The position numbers and the translations under genes are program-made. From contig JBPGPT010000011.1 of assembly GCA_051047955.1 (NCBI GenBank), positions 496,001-547,349 of the forward strand: a stretch of 51,349 nt of DNA. Reading direction: 5' to 3'. The notes under the pieces are model-generated. The model was not told where the DNA came from. It searched no databases and was given only the letters and a program-made list of their open reading frames with translations. The DNA is from Cystobasidiomycetes sp. EMM_F5 (lineage: Eukaryota). Of the stretch, positions 1 through 12,481 are shown in pieces (positions within the stretch are counted from its first letter, which is position 1; every line of letters starts with the position of its first letter).

Positions 1-2073
1 GTCTCCCAACCCCGTCGAGCTATTGTCCATGGGCATTGACCGTCTACCGTGACTGTTAGATTCTCTGCCTAACGGTGTCAACATCTGCGTCCCGGCTACA
101 AGGTCTTGATCTTACTCACCCAGATGCCCCACAAGAGCTGACATTGGATAGAAGGAGCGCTTTTAGCAAGACAATGTACAACCAGCTACTGTCAGAGTCT
201 GATGATGCCGGATTGATGCGTAAACCTTCCATACGAAGCATGCAAGCGCTTCGGATCATGTGCACCATCGCGTCAGGTGAGTCAGATTGCCGGGAAATTT
301 TCATGATCCGTACCTCTGTTTACCCTCTGGTTATAATCAGGCGAGTCGGCACGCGAAGGCAGGCGGTCGAGCAATTACAAGAATTTCTTCACTTCATACG
401 CGCAACACATGCGCGACCTGTACGACTCGGGCGAGCTCGAGGAACCATACACATCCATTCACTTCTGGTCGAGCGTTATTTCCGACTCGCTTGGAGCCGC
501 ATCGTCTGGCAATCAGCCGGCATTCACGGCGGATGACTTTGCCAACTATGCGTCGTGGATGACATCGGACACTCAGGGAATGATCGACATGATTCGAGCG
601 TTGACGTGAGTGACTCGACACTCAACGGCTGTAGAGACAGTAGACTGAACTTGTGCGGTTACCTGTGTCGATCGTATAGTATCGACAACGGTCCGGACGT
701 TGGGTGGGGCCTGATCTTCGGCAATACGTGCATGCTGGCGCGCCAATACTGCTCGAAGGTCTCTTCGACTAAAGCCCGCAAGAGGCCGTTTCTTGATATC
801 GAGTTTATGCTGGAAATACCTAACGAGAACGAACGCTTACACAATATACTGCTGGTATACGAAGATAAGCTCAACCACTTATTCGGCGAGGATGGTTGGC
901 CAGAGCACTTTCGAGCTTGGTCAAAGACAGCTCGTTTCCTGTGTGAGCTTATTGTCGATTTCGTACTTTTCTAGGCTGACGAAAGCGATGCTGTAGTCAA
1001 CTACATGGACACGCTTTGCTTAGATGAGCTCGACAGCGAATTGTCACGGGAGCTATCCAAGCCACAGCCTTCCATGCAACGTTTATGGAATATACAAAAC
1101 GCCTTCCAGATCTTTCAAAATCGATTCATCAAAGATGTGAACATCGTGCGTCAGGAGACTGTTCAGCGGCCTATACCTCGCAGCGTTGGTTTCTCGGACG
1201 CTTTCATGAGCTACACTGTCGTCACTAAGCTCAGACGGATACTCAAGACGCCCAGCCTGGAAGAAGGTGGCGGCATACTAGATTGGCCAATGTCCGCAAA
1301 GCTTGATGCCGCTCAAGGTGCGTACGCTTATCACCTCTGTCCTGACATTTGACCGACGTTCGATTTATCACAGGCACGTTGCGAATCGCGACTGCCTTTG
1401 GATATGCAGTGTGAGGCAATTTGTCAAAAGTATTTCTCGTCGTTATCCTGATTTGTGGCGATGGATGCCTTACAGTGAACATATAGCAGAGGATCTCCCT
1501 GCCCTTTCCTCTGCTGTCTCAGATCTAGTGGCTGATGCGAGAAAGCGGAACTTGGCAGTGGATGACAGGAATCCGCAGGTCACATCAGCCGTTGCCCCAT
1601 CCAAAGCAATGACATCGCTTTCAAATGGATCACCGTCACGCTATGGCCTGTACGTTCAACCTCAGGCGCATGTCGAGCCTTCCTCGAATGTTCCACCCTC
1701 CTTCACGGACGTGTGGCAGGCACTTCATCCAACGCGTTTTGAGGACGTAACGGAACATGTCCCGGTGCAGTTGCTGCAGCAGCAGCCGACCGCAACCATG
1801 GGCAACTTCCCTCAACCCGCAAGCCTCGGCACGTCACCTGGCAGCTCCGCACATTTGAGCCCAGCAGTATTAGACAGCTTGTCGTCTTCAACTGCATCTG
1901 CATCTGCGTCAACTGCGTCATCAAGCGGCTATACTACCCTGTTGGAAGAGGCGCAACAAATCCTGCCTCACATATTTCCGGGACAACCTTTGGCTACCCC
2001 GGATCTGGGCACTTTTGCGGAATATCTGAATTGGGATCCTGCTGACAATCCGTCATTCCATGATTCCCTGTGA
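1..2073 (+). CDS. 3' part of a multi-exon hypothetical protein, possibly a fungal transcription factor (5' end outside the window)
   Basis: ORFs 75-536, 409-609, 555-974, 1005-1352 and 1303-2073 join in frame through about five GT-AG introns (e.g. GCGTCAG|gtgagt...aatcag|GCGAG). Helical middle region, then an S/P/Q-rich tail ending in acidic-aromatic DLGTFAEYLNWD, typical of activation domains. No DNA-binding domain is visible in the window. Confidence 0.5.
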
Positions 2074-2372
2074 AGTAATTGGTACGGTGTCAGTGTCGCA
2101 GTGACTGGAGTATACTTCACGCTTGTTGTGGTGCCATGCATACGGATCAATCGTTCAGCTAACCAAGCAGGCAAAACGACGCCCGTCAGAGCCTGTCAGT
2201 GAAGTGCTGCGGTTGACAGCTGAGCCCAAACCACAGAAGCCACACCTTGACGGAGTATCCTTGCTTTCAGTGCGGCTACGATTCACGGAAATGACCCGTC
2301 CTAATCATTGCGCTAAACCGTAACAGAGATACAACACGAATGTCTGGTTGATGCGAAAGCAGTAGAACACCA

Positions 2373-4771
2373 CTAAAGCATCCCTTGCAGCCGGCCTGCG
2401 GCTCGAAATATGGGCAGAACCTGTGATTGACCGCTGCCTACACCGAAATTCGGCGGATTTCGCGAGGAGTTAGGGACAGCAGAAGGGACTGGGTTCGCCT
2501 GCGTAAATTGTGCCGGTCGGCCAGTCGAAGGGCGAGACGCAGGTTGCTGAACGAAGTCGACCCTAGCGGGCGGAGTACTAGCAGGCTTATCGGCGTGTGA
2601 TTGGAATTGAAGGGGTGGAGAACTTGCTCGACTGGTATTAGGGCTGACTATGATAAAAGCTGGCGCCTGCCCAGCAGGACGGGTAATACTGGTACTGATA
2701 GCAGAAAGTCTGGACAATGCGGCTTGGTCCTGCAAACTTGGAGCAGTTGTCGAGACGGACGGTCGTTGCTGAAAGCCTACAGGCGCATTTTGGCTGCGCG
2801 AGGCTGGAGACGGCGATGATGAGGACTGCGCTTGATCGCCAGATCCTCCTGCAGCAAAGGCTGGCGCTTGCGGGAGTGGGAGCCCACTAGTTCGACCATT
2901 GGGCTGTTGGTCACGAGCGAGACTTTGGCGGAGATAGATGCCGAGCTGAATGTTGAGCTTACCGCCGGAGATGAGGATGCCGCCAGGGGAGCGTAAGGCG
3001 TCTGAAGAACATCCGCGCTGACTTCTTCATTCTGTTCAACGCCAACGAGACTGCACAGGGTCAAGTCGTTCAGCCGGACGAAGGTGTACGTTCTAGACAC
3101 GAGTAGACTCACGTTGACCAAGAAGCAAGTTTGCGTTCCTGGTATCCTGAACAAGTAGGCTTCGGACCACTAGTCCAGGGGAGATTACACCCCGGCAATG
3201 CGTCGAGCGGTGCTTCCCATCCAACCTGAACATCGATGAGTGTATGTTATTCAACACACCGCAATCGACTTACCTGCTCGGCTGGAATATTTACACCAGC
3301 ATCGGAATGACAGCTAGCAGCAGCAGCTTCATTCCAGGAGGCAGCAAGAGGCGGGCAAGCTTGTCCAGCCGACAAATCAAAGTCGGTCTGCGTGCATTCC
3401 TTTACTACTCGCGCAAGAACGTCGCTGTCCCATCTGCCATAGGATGTCAGCATGTATGTACTTTACATGTTCAGTGCGCACGGACCCATTGGCGAAATCG
3501 GCACTGTCCAAGGGAATCAGTGCGATGTTAAAGTAATAAATTTGTGAGCTTACTGTAGACCGTAGCCAGTTGTATCGCCGTTTGCAAGAATGTACGTTGG
3601 TGCGGCATCGCCATTCGAGCCCCACTTGCCAGCGGGACCATCGGCGAAGTCGCCCGCTCCGATGTGGAACGTTTCGATCAGAATAATGGGAATGCGGTGT
3701 TCGTATCCTTTAGGACATGTGGGACCCTGCAGACCACCACCAATATCGGGATACTTGACGTAGTCCGAGGTGTATCTAGAGTCGAATCCGGTTTGTCCGT
3801 TCCAGCACGATGGGACTGCGCGTGTGCTCTGTCAGATACTTGACCGTGCTGATTGGCTTTGAGGACTTACACCAAACTTTGCTCATCAAGACGGAGCAGC
3901 CTTCTTTAGGTAATGAGTAGGACGAGTAGCCGGTTGTCGTACCGTCGGCTGGTTCAAAGGTGATCTGTCAAAAGATTCCAGAGGGTGATGCGATCTTGGA
4001 ACAACTTACCCTTTTTCTGCTCGCAGTAGTAGAACACTGATAAATCTTCTTGACTGTAACCGCCGCCTGTCTTTTTGGCTGGATTACCTGCGATCATCTG
4101 TTTGGTTGGGAGGTATTGTCTTTAGCGATTGGATGGCGTGATGAAGCATGCACCCACCTGGAAATTGTCAGGGAAGGGCTCCACGTAAGTGCCAGGGCCG
4201 GAGCCACTGTTGAGTTGCGGGCTATCAAAGTTGATGCATGCGTCAGGTAGGTGTAAACCGCGGATTCATGCGACCTACAAATTATAGTAGACGCGGGTCT
4301 GCGCCCACATAGGCGAGTAGGTCTGCTTCTTTGTGTTGCTATCGTAATTTACCTTGTAAACGGAAGGATGCCAGTAATTTCCCTTTTCCTGGATGTCAGC
4401 CCAGCGGAGTGCTGAAGCATCAGCAAGCGCACCTTGTCCGCTTGAGCTGGGACAGTCGAGCAGTTGGCCTTGCGGTACGCGACCGGATCGTAGTTGGGAT
4501 TGAAAGCGCTTCCGCCGACGACGCGATGGACGTGCTGGGAGATTGCGCCGGGATTAACGTTTGGATCCAGTCTCGCAGTGAGCAGAGGGCGATTGATTTG
4601 AAAGACGAAGCGGTCTATGGAAATCGCTCGTCAGCTTACTTCGTTGCTCGCGCGCCGATAGCCTCTGAACGTACTGCCCATGTTGACTGCCGAGACATCC
4701 GGCGAAGCTCCCAGGACTGCCAGCAGCAATGGGAGGACTTGAGATAGCTTGAGATTTGAGTATGAAGTCAT
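2373..4771 (-). CDS. Secreted DUF1996-domain protein, paralog B (about 11 introns, Ser/Pro/Gln-rich C-terminal tail)
   Basis: Spliced translation gives signal peptide MTSYSNLKLSQVLPLLLAVLGASPDVSA, then LTARLDPNVNPGAISQHVHRVVGGSAF, NYWHPSVY, FPSCWNG, GDTTGYGLHADFANGW and LDALPGCN, which are DUF1996 hallmarks. A final intron (gtaagc...caacag) joins to the 2373-2735 frame. Confidence 0.85.
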
Positions 4772-5183
4772 TGTGGGTGTTAGCGAATGTGGGTACGGGC
4801 AGGCAGGAAGTCAGTGAGAATGTGGCCAGAGTCAAAAGGTCAGAGAAGGGTAATGTGGTCAAGTGGGCAGCAGTTCACGGTCGTCAAGTCCAGTAATGGC
4901 TTTTGTGAATTTGACACGCTTGGCTGCTTTTCATGCCTTTGCATACTGGCATTCCGCGTTTAAACGAGGTTGGCATGCAAGAGGTGAACGCGACACGGGT
5001 GGCGATAAAGCCGCAGATATCAGGACATGGCAGTCATCTGCAGAGAATGGGTGCACATCACACGCTCACGTGCGCAAAATGGCTTGCTGATGCTACAACA
5101 ACATTGGCCTCTGGAACTGCCGAACATGCCAGCGATGTGACCGGACCCGCTTACCACAACTTGGGTGTGCACAACCCGCTCTG

Positions 5184-7916
5184 TCATAACAGGTCATCAA
5201 CAAGAAGAGAGTCTCGTCGTAATCCGAGAGCTGGTGAAGTCGTTTCTGCGCGTGCCATCAATGGAGTAAACCGGATTGGAGTGAATTGTATATTGTCCCC
5301 AACCCGGGTTATGAGCGTAGAGGTCTGGGCTGCAGCGGAAGTCGACGTCGTCGATGCGACGGACGTTGTTTTCGACGTCGCAACAACCTTTGGTGTGAAG
5401 ACCCCCCTCGCTGTACTCGTTGATTTCGGGGCGCTCAAAGACTCGGAAGATAAGGATACTGCAGGGATTGAAGAGGAAGACTGCACCGGATTACTTGAAG
5501 GCACAAAGTCGCTCGAGGACGTGCTCGCATCGCTGCTCGACAAAGAAGATGGAGAGATTGAGGGTGTCGCCGAAGACGACGCTGCTGCCGAGGGAACGAA
5601 TAGGCCGCCTTTTGACGATGACGAAGAAGTGCTTTGAGAAAGAACCGAAGAAGAAGTGATTGCTGCCGAGGTCGATGTTACAGGCAAAGATGTTGGCGGT
5701 GCAGAGGAAGAAGAGGGAACCACAGCATCTGACGTAGTCGCAAGGGACAGGCTTGTGGTGGACACGACCGCCAAGCTGGTGGTCGTCTTCGATGAGGTAA
5801 CGGGGTTGGGGTTGGGCGAGAAGACCGGTACGAAGCCTCGGAATGAAGAGCTTGAACTGATCTTGGACGACGTCGTGCTAGAAGAGGTCGAAGTAACCTG
5901 CATGCTCGTCGTGCTAGTTGAAGTGCTGGTACTGCTCGAGGAACTACTACTGCTACTGCTGCTACTGCTGCTACTGCTGCTGCTACTGGATGACGATGAC
6001 GAGGTCGACGAGGTGCTCGTTGTTGAGAATAACGTGGAGGATGAAACGGAGCTCGAAGACGCTGCAGACTGGGAATTGACATACGCGGCAATGTCTTGCA
6101 AGCTTGGCGATGGATCTTGTTCTTTGCCCGTATAGCTAAAGTAACAGTCAGCAGCGTAAATCTGACCGAATTAGTGCAATCTTACCGAGAGTAAGTGACA
6201 AGTGGCGGATCCCGGAACCCAGGGCACGTAGGTTTCGCACCGCTAGCCCACGGCAGGTTGCATCCAGGTAGGGCATCCAAATAGCCATCCCATCCGACCT
6301 GCAGTACTCGATTAGCCTTCGGGGATAATGGTGCTTTGACATATATTCCATAAGATACGTACGGCCTCTGCAGGTATTTGAGATGTCGATTGCAAGTAGC
6401 AGGCATTGCCAATGTCGTAGCTCCATGACGGTGTTAGCGGTGCGCACGATTGTCCTGCATTCAGGTTAAAGTCTAGTTCCAGACATTGCGTAACAACTTG
6501 TGATAAGACAGTCTGGTTCCACCTGCGATAGTCCCACATTAGTATCTGTATTCAGAACCCATCGAGGCGCAATAGCTGACCCGTTGGCGAAATCGGCACT
6601 GTACATACATCATTTAGCAGCTGTTGTGCATTCCAACATAAGGGAACTACTTACTGCATTCCGTATCCGGTCGTGTCACCATTAGCTAGGATGTATGTGG
6701 GTACATTGTTGCCGTTTCCTCCCCAAGGGCCTGCTAGACCCTGTCCGAATTCTAATGCGCCTTGTGTAAGACGGAAGACGGATGTACCCGTATCTGACAA
6801 AGCGACGTACCCGCTGTTCCAAAATGAAAAGTCTCGACGAGAATGCCGGGAATGCGGTGTGGATAGCCAGGGGGGCAGTTCGGTCCCAGTAGACCGGCTC
6901 CTAAGTTGGGATACGCAACGTGTGCCTTTGGATTTGCGGGATCGTAGGCATTGCCATTCCAGCAAGATGGGACTACAGAAAGCTCGTGTGAACCACAGCA
7001 GGGTTTCTGACAGAACAAATTCTGCTTACACCACACTTTCGAGACCAAGAAAGTACATCCAACCGTCGGCATGGAATATGACTCAAAGCTATATATGGTG
7101 CCGTTGGCTGACATGCGCGATGGACATCAGATGGACTTGTCAATCACCGTTGCCTTTGGTTGCTCACCGTAGTCCTGCTCGCAGTAATCTTCACATCACA
7201 TCACTTCTCGTCAGCGAGGGAAATACATCAGCCAAAGCCCATCACTCACAGAAAACGCTCAAATCCTCCTGACTATACCCTCCTCCTGTCTTCTTTGCTG
7301 CACTTCCAGCAACCATCTGTGTTAACGTCAGTCAAAAAGCCCTAGGTGAGAATGATTCCGACTTACTTGGAAGCTATATGGGAAAGGCTCGACATACGTT
7401 CCAGGTCCGGTTCCCGGCAAGACTTGCGGACTGGTGATGGTTTTTCTTAATCAGCGAGCCTTCTGACAGGCAATTTGCGCCGACTTGCAAATTATAATAA
7501 ATTCTTGTCTGGCCCCAGAGCGGAGCATACTGCCATTTCCCTGTGGTGGGATTAGCTACTACTTTATACACAGAAGGCGCCCAGTAATTTGATAGATCTG
7601 CTTGCGGTGCCATATTGGAGCATGTGGCTTTACGCTGAAGATCCGGATCGTAAATCTTGCTGAAACTGCTCGCACCGACTACACGATGGACATGTTGCGA
7701 GACTGCTCCAGGTTGCACCACGGGATCCAAGCGAGCCGTCAATATTGGTCGGAAAGCATCAAAGACAATTCGTCCTGTTGGCGCAGTAGGATATCAGCTT
7801 GTTTGCTTTCTGTAGCACATGCTTGAGCGGTCTTGCGCACTTTCGATATCGGCGTTGACACTTGAAATGGCCAGTATAGTCCATATTGCTATTCCGTACG
7901 CCAAAATTATCCTCAT
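5184..7916 (-). CDS. Secreted DUF1996-domain protein, paralog A, with long Ser/Thr-rich tail
   Basis: Signal peptide MRIILAYGIAIWTILAISSVNA; TARLDPVVQPGAVSQHVHRVVGAS, DLSNYWAP, FPSCWNG, GDTTGYGMHADFANGW, LDALPGCN. The last exon contains ORF 5184-6101 (about 300 aa, Ser/Thr-rich). Confidence 0.87.
5944..5988. repeat. (CTA/CTG)n imperfect trinucleotide repeat encoding poly-Ser on the minus strand
   Basis: ctactactgctactgctgctactgctgctactgctgctgctactg, inside the tail of DUF1996 paralog A. Confidence 0.9.
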
Positions 7917-8760
7917 CTTGGCCGCGTTACGGGTGTCTCTGAGAGCCCGCCACCTCCTGCAATGTCACTCGCGCTTTACAGATGACTGGCGAAAGTATCG
8001 GGGTAAGCAGAGTTCAGATGTACGAGTTGCTCTTGTCAGGTTTGAAGCAGTATGTATCGCAGATTTCGTTGGATAAGCTTGTCACCTTGAAGTTGACGAC
8101 CAAGATTCAAGACACACATTCCAGAATATAGACCCGGCACCGACATTCGGCCCAAGATCATTGATTTCAACATCGATTTGCTCCGAATCCCTTTTCAGCG
8201 CTCTTCCGATTTGACGTCTCGCTCCTTTTCACTTGTGCTGCCATCCGACGTCAACTTCTATATACCGATCATCGACGAGGAATGCTGAGGGCCAGTCGCC
8301 GAGTCTTAATTTGCACAGCGAGAACATCCTTGCCTTGCTCCTGCTGTTCTCTCTCTCTTCGCCTGTCTTTGATTCGGTTGTGTGGGCCATGTCCATGTCA
8401 CGGTCCACTGGAGGCGAATCTCGTATGCACAGTAGGGTGGGCTCTCGACCAGAGGGCGTTTATAGCATGTCCGCGTTGCAAAGAGCGGATGAGTTACAGA
8501 AGACGCACAGAGATTGTCGGAGAGGGGAAATGAGCATCCGTCTCGACCGTTCAAATCAGCTCTGGAGAGATCATCAGCGTGATTGGCACGGTTTAGTGAG
8601 TATTCAGCGGATCCATTGAGCGCATTAGAGTCAGTTCTATCAATTCGTTGGTTTGTTTTGTCGGTCCTTGTTAATGTCCGTTTTAATAATATTGAGGACA
8701 ATATTAGAGCCCATCCTTGACGACTGTCCAATTCTGCCCTCCGACCAACACCCACTCAGG

Positions 8761-10124
8761 ATGGCTGCCACTGCGTCCACGTCTCGGCTACAGGCATCGG
8801 ATCTCTACGACCCAGCGGGTGCTCCCAGTCTGAGCGATGGCTACCCTGGTCAGAGCCGGTCAGGACGGCAGCACGACGAGCGCAGAGAGCGGAGGCCATC
8901 GCCCAGCTACGATGGGCGCAACGGAGACGCTGGTGGAAACGAGAGAAACAACTGGCGACGACTGACGCCCGAGAGAGGCCTGGAGCCGCAGTCGCAGCAG
9001 CCAGACAGCAATGGCAGGGGATACAATGGAAATGCCGGATACAGACGAGGCGGATACAGTAACGGCGCCGGGAATGCCGACTTTTTTGCGCAGTAGGTGT
9101 CCTATCCCACAGAGCTTTTAAGGCGGGCATCGAGCTCATCTCCCGCTCCTTTAGACGCAGAAATCAACGAGATACAGCAGTCGTGTCGATATGGCCAACC
9201 TCGCCCAGAACGCCAGACAATAGTGACAGTGAGGACGACGACAAGCGAAGGAGGAAGAGAAAGAAGGAAAAGAAGGACCGGTCATCCAAACATTCGAAAT
9301 CCTCAAAACGACGACGGTATTCTTCAGCCTCTGAGGCCGAGTCAGACGACGATGAGAGACGCGATCGCTCACGTCGCAAGTCTGAGAGGGACAGTGAACG
9401 AGACAGAGATTCCAAGCGCAGCAGCCGCCGTCACCGAGGAGATGATTCGGCCAGTGATCACGACAAGAGCGCGAAGCGATCTAGACGAAGCGACTCTCCC
9501 CCGTCATCTGCCATGCATCGCGACAGGGTACACAATGAACAAGAAGACGAATGGACAGAGCGACCGTCCTCTTCAATGATCACGGCAGACAAGCATGCTC
9601 CCCCTGCCGGAGAAGGGAGGTTGGCAGTTGCAGCAGCGCCGGCAGACAGGGTCAAGACCTCTTCTACAGCTATGATAAAGTCATCAGAGAGGCCACAAGC
9701 AGATGATTCGGACGACGACGACGACGATGTCGGACCGAAACCTTTCAAGGAGACCGACGAACAACGAGATGCACGCGAGTACGGAGGTGCTCTACTTCGC
9801 GGAGAAGGAGAAGCCATGGCAGCGTACGTTACAGAAGGCAAGCGTATCCCACGTCGTGGTGAAATCGGTCTGGAATCTACGCAAATTGAAAAGTTTGAAA
9901 GTGCGGGGTACGTCATGTCGGGTTCGCGACATCGACGCATGAATGCAGTGCGTATCCGAAAGGAGAATCAAGTCATTTCGGCGGAAGAGAAGCGAGGCAT
10001 TCTCAAACTCCAGAAGGAAGAGAAGAACAAAAAGGAGGCAATGGTCGTCGGGTCTTTCAAGGAATTGTTTGAACATCGCCTGGAGAGCGAAAAACGTAAC
10101 GCAAAGTATCGAGAGACGGATTAG
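8761..10124 (+). CDS. NKAP: NKAP-family (NF-kB-activating protein / DUF926) splicing-associated protein
   Basis: C-terminal YGGALLRGEGEAMAAYVTEGKRIPRRGEIGL...YVMSGSRHRRMNAVRIRKENQVISAEEKR matches the NKAP C-terminal domain. RS/basic middle region; one intron at 9093-9154. Confidence 0.9.
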
Positions 10125-10374
10125 GTGCTGTCGTATCCTTGTAGCCTTTAATGCTGTACTCATCTCACACACTGAGGCAAAGAGATCAAGTTGCGCTTCA
10201 CCTGCGATTCTGTCAGTCGAGTTGTAATCTCGCGAGCAGGAAGCAGCAGCAGGAAAACAATGAATAACAGTATAGACGCAGTTATTGTTTGGAAGAACAC
10301 GGGTAATAGATTGCGAGGACAATATGCGAGTTAAACTAGGCTAACAGCATGGGTAAATAAAAAGCCACACTGGC

Positions 10375-11540
10375 TTAGACAAGAACAGCAAAGCCCATGG
10401 CAACAGCAGCCATGGAGAGACCGGCTACAGTCGTCTTGGAAGCGCTGTTTGGCTTGACTGCAGCGTCACCGACCGCACCAGATCCAGCAGCGGCGGATGA
10501 GCGACCAGTGGTGCCGTTGGAGAATTCCAAAACGAAAGGACCGCCGACGACGTTCGAATCATTGGTGAAACCTGGCGTGCGTGTAATGAGACCGTAAGCT
10601 GCACCTGTAGAGACGTTGGTTCGGGGAATGGTGCATGAACCATTGTTGAATGGAGCAACAGCTTGAGAGAGTCCGCTAAGGAAAGTGCAGTACAGCTGAC
10701 CAGTACCATTGGTCGCGCTAGCAGGGAGGCTAACAGTGATATTGCTACCAATATTGGCATTGGTGGAGGTCAAGTTGGCAGCGGGGTAAGGCTTGAAAGG
10801 AGGAGCTGAGCCATTAGGGCATGACGCGAAGAAGGGAGCTGCCAAGCTGGTCACTGCAACTGGGTTCAGAGGAGTGTCATACTCGACAAAGGGTGTGGCG
10901 CCGTTGATATAGCGAATGACGGAGGAGTGTCTGGCTTCGGCGGTGAGGATCGAGCCGGCAACAGTAAGGTACTGCTTGTTCTGAATGTACTGAGCGGCAC
11001 CAAGGTAGGCGCTGACTCCAACTCCTTCAAGGATCTGCGACACAGCTAAGAACGAGGCTGCATCCGTGCTGTGGCGACAAATTCCGATTAGTGCAGTCCA
11101 TGATGCCGAAACTTGATGTGGATACTCACTATGGGAAGGTGTAATTGCATGCCGATACTGGCGTGGCACCAGCAGCAGACAAAGCCCCAGTCAGCAGAGT
11201 GACGTGGGAAGCCTCATCGGCGGCGACGACCTGGAGCTGAGAGTAGGTCGTGTTGGGGAAGCCAGTGAATGCCGACGCCGAATTAAACTTGGAGAGGGCC
11301 TGAGAGTAGAATGTGGCTGGTAATTTCGAACGGGGGGTGTTGTGTCAGCCACCGTTGTAGAACAATTTTGAACGACCGTCAGTACTTACCTTCTAGGTGC
11401 TCGAGCACGAGCGCGAAATTAAGGATCGCAGAGTCAGGCAACCCAGTCTGGGTCGGTCCTACTTGACGTTTCTCGACCGCCACTGCAGAGACGCCCAGTG
11501 CGCCAAAGACTGCGCTGAGGAGGATGTCACGTCGAACCAT
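10375..11540 (-). CDS. Rds1-like ferritin-fold (Ferritin_2) secreted protein, probably GPI-anchored
   Basis: Signal peptide MVRRDILLSAVFGALGVSAVAVEKR; DSAILNFALVLEHLEATFY, DEASH, LEGVGVSAYLGAA, AGSILTAEARH; hydrophobic C-terminus (AGLSMAAVAMGFAVLV). Two introns. Confidence 0.85.
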
Positions 11541-12481
11541 TGTGGATGAGTGTGTTGAAGTGTAGGTATGCTACAGGTGACTGATGCAAGACACGACACT
11601 GAACGAGTGTGAGTAGTGAGGGGCTGGATGCGAAGTGGGAGATGCGGAATGGAAAGAAAAGGAAAGGACGAGACGAGACGAAACAAAGTCAGACGATTCT
11701 GCTGTAGGACGATGTTGAGTTGGATCAAGATCGACGGCAGAGGGGGCTGGAAGGAGCAGATAATTAGACTAGACTTTGAGTAGTGCACCTGACTTTTAGG
11801 CGAGGCCCCTCAGCATTCCCTCTGGCTCTGAAGCCGGTGCCCCCTTGAATATGCATTTCTCGTACGAGATCTGCATTGCGTTAGGGTGCAGATCAGCAAA
11901 CTGTGTCTGTCCCGAATTTGTTGATTCTTGTTGTTTTGCTGGAATGCAGCGTCATCATCCCGCCGCGCGTAGCCTGTACCGTAGAACATCGAACGAGGAC
12001 AGAAAGGTCAGTGCGTCTATGCTTGTGCATGGTGAGTACGTTAGTAAGCATGGTCGCTGTCTGAAGTGGTGTTGCAATCCCTTCAGTGCTGCCTTGTGCT
12101 TGCCGAGCTCGCTTCAAACTCGTTGCATGCTGCTGATGCGCACAGAACTCGAGAGACTGCTGAGCCCTATAACTTAGGCTTTCGTATCGATGCGAGTGAC
12201 CAGGTGTCGCAAGCAGCATAGCAAAGTAGTAAATGGTTCAAGGACATCGACCAAGATTTAAGCCCTGCAGATGAGACAAATGATCGATACTGACGGCAGT
12301 CTCCGCATCAGAAGCAGACCAACGTAGAGACTGTTCACACTGAGGGAGATGCATCCAGCACCACACGCAGCATCAGATTATTGCAGAGACCATCAACAGC
12401 GAGACTATGTTACAACCAACATTCAATTCTTCCATCCGAGACTTCACTACTAACAATCCTCGCAGTGCTCACTAAGACGGT

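Noticed and set aside
4933..6135. Plus-strand ORFs rich in Leu/Val/Asp/Glu (4933-5637, 5656-6135)
   Set aside because: Antisense shadows of the Ser/Thr-rich tail of DUF1996 paralog A.
8233..8755. ORFs of 83-149 aa and a possible ncRNA between DUF1996-A and NKAP
   Set aside because: No recognisable protein motif and no convincing C/D box pair or tRNA fold; most simply a divergent promoter region.
8279..11819. 13-mer CCCTCAGCATTCC upstream of both DUF1996-A and the Rds1-like gene (opposite orientations)
   Set aside because: Many 13-nt matches are expected by chance in 51 kb; there are only two copies and no supporting structure.
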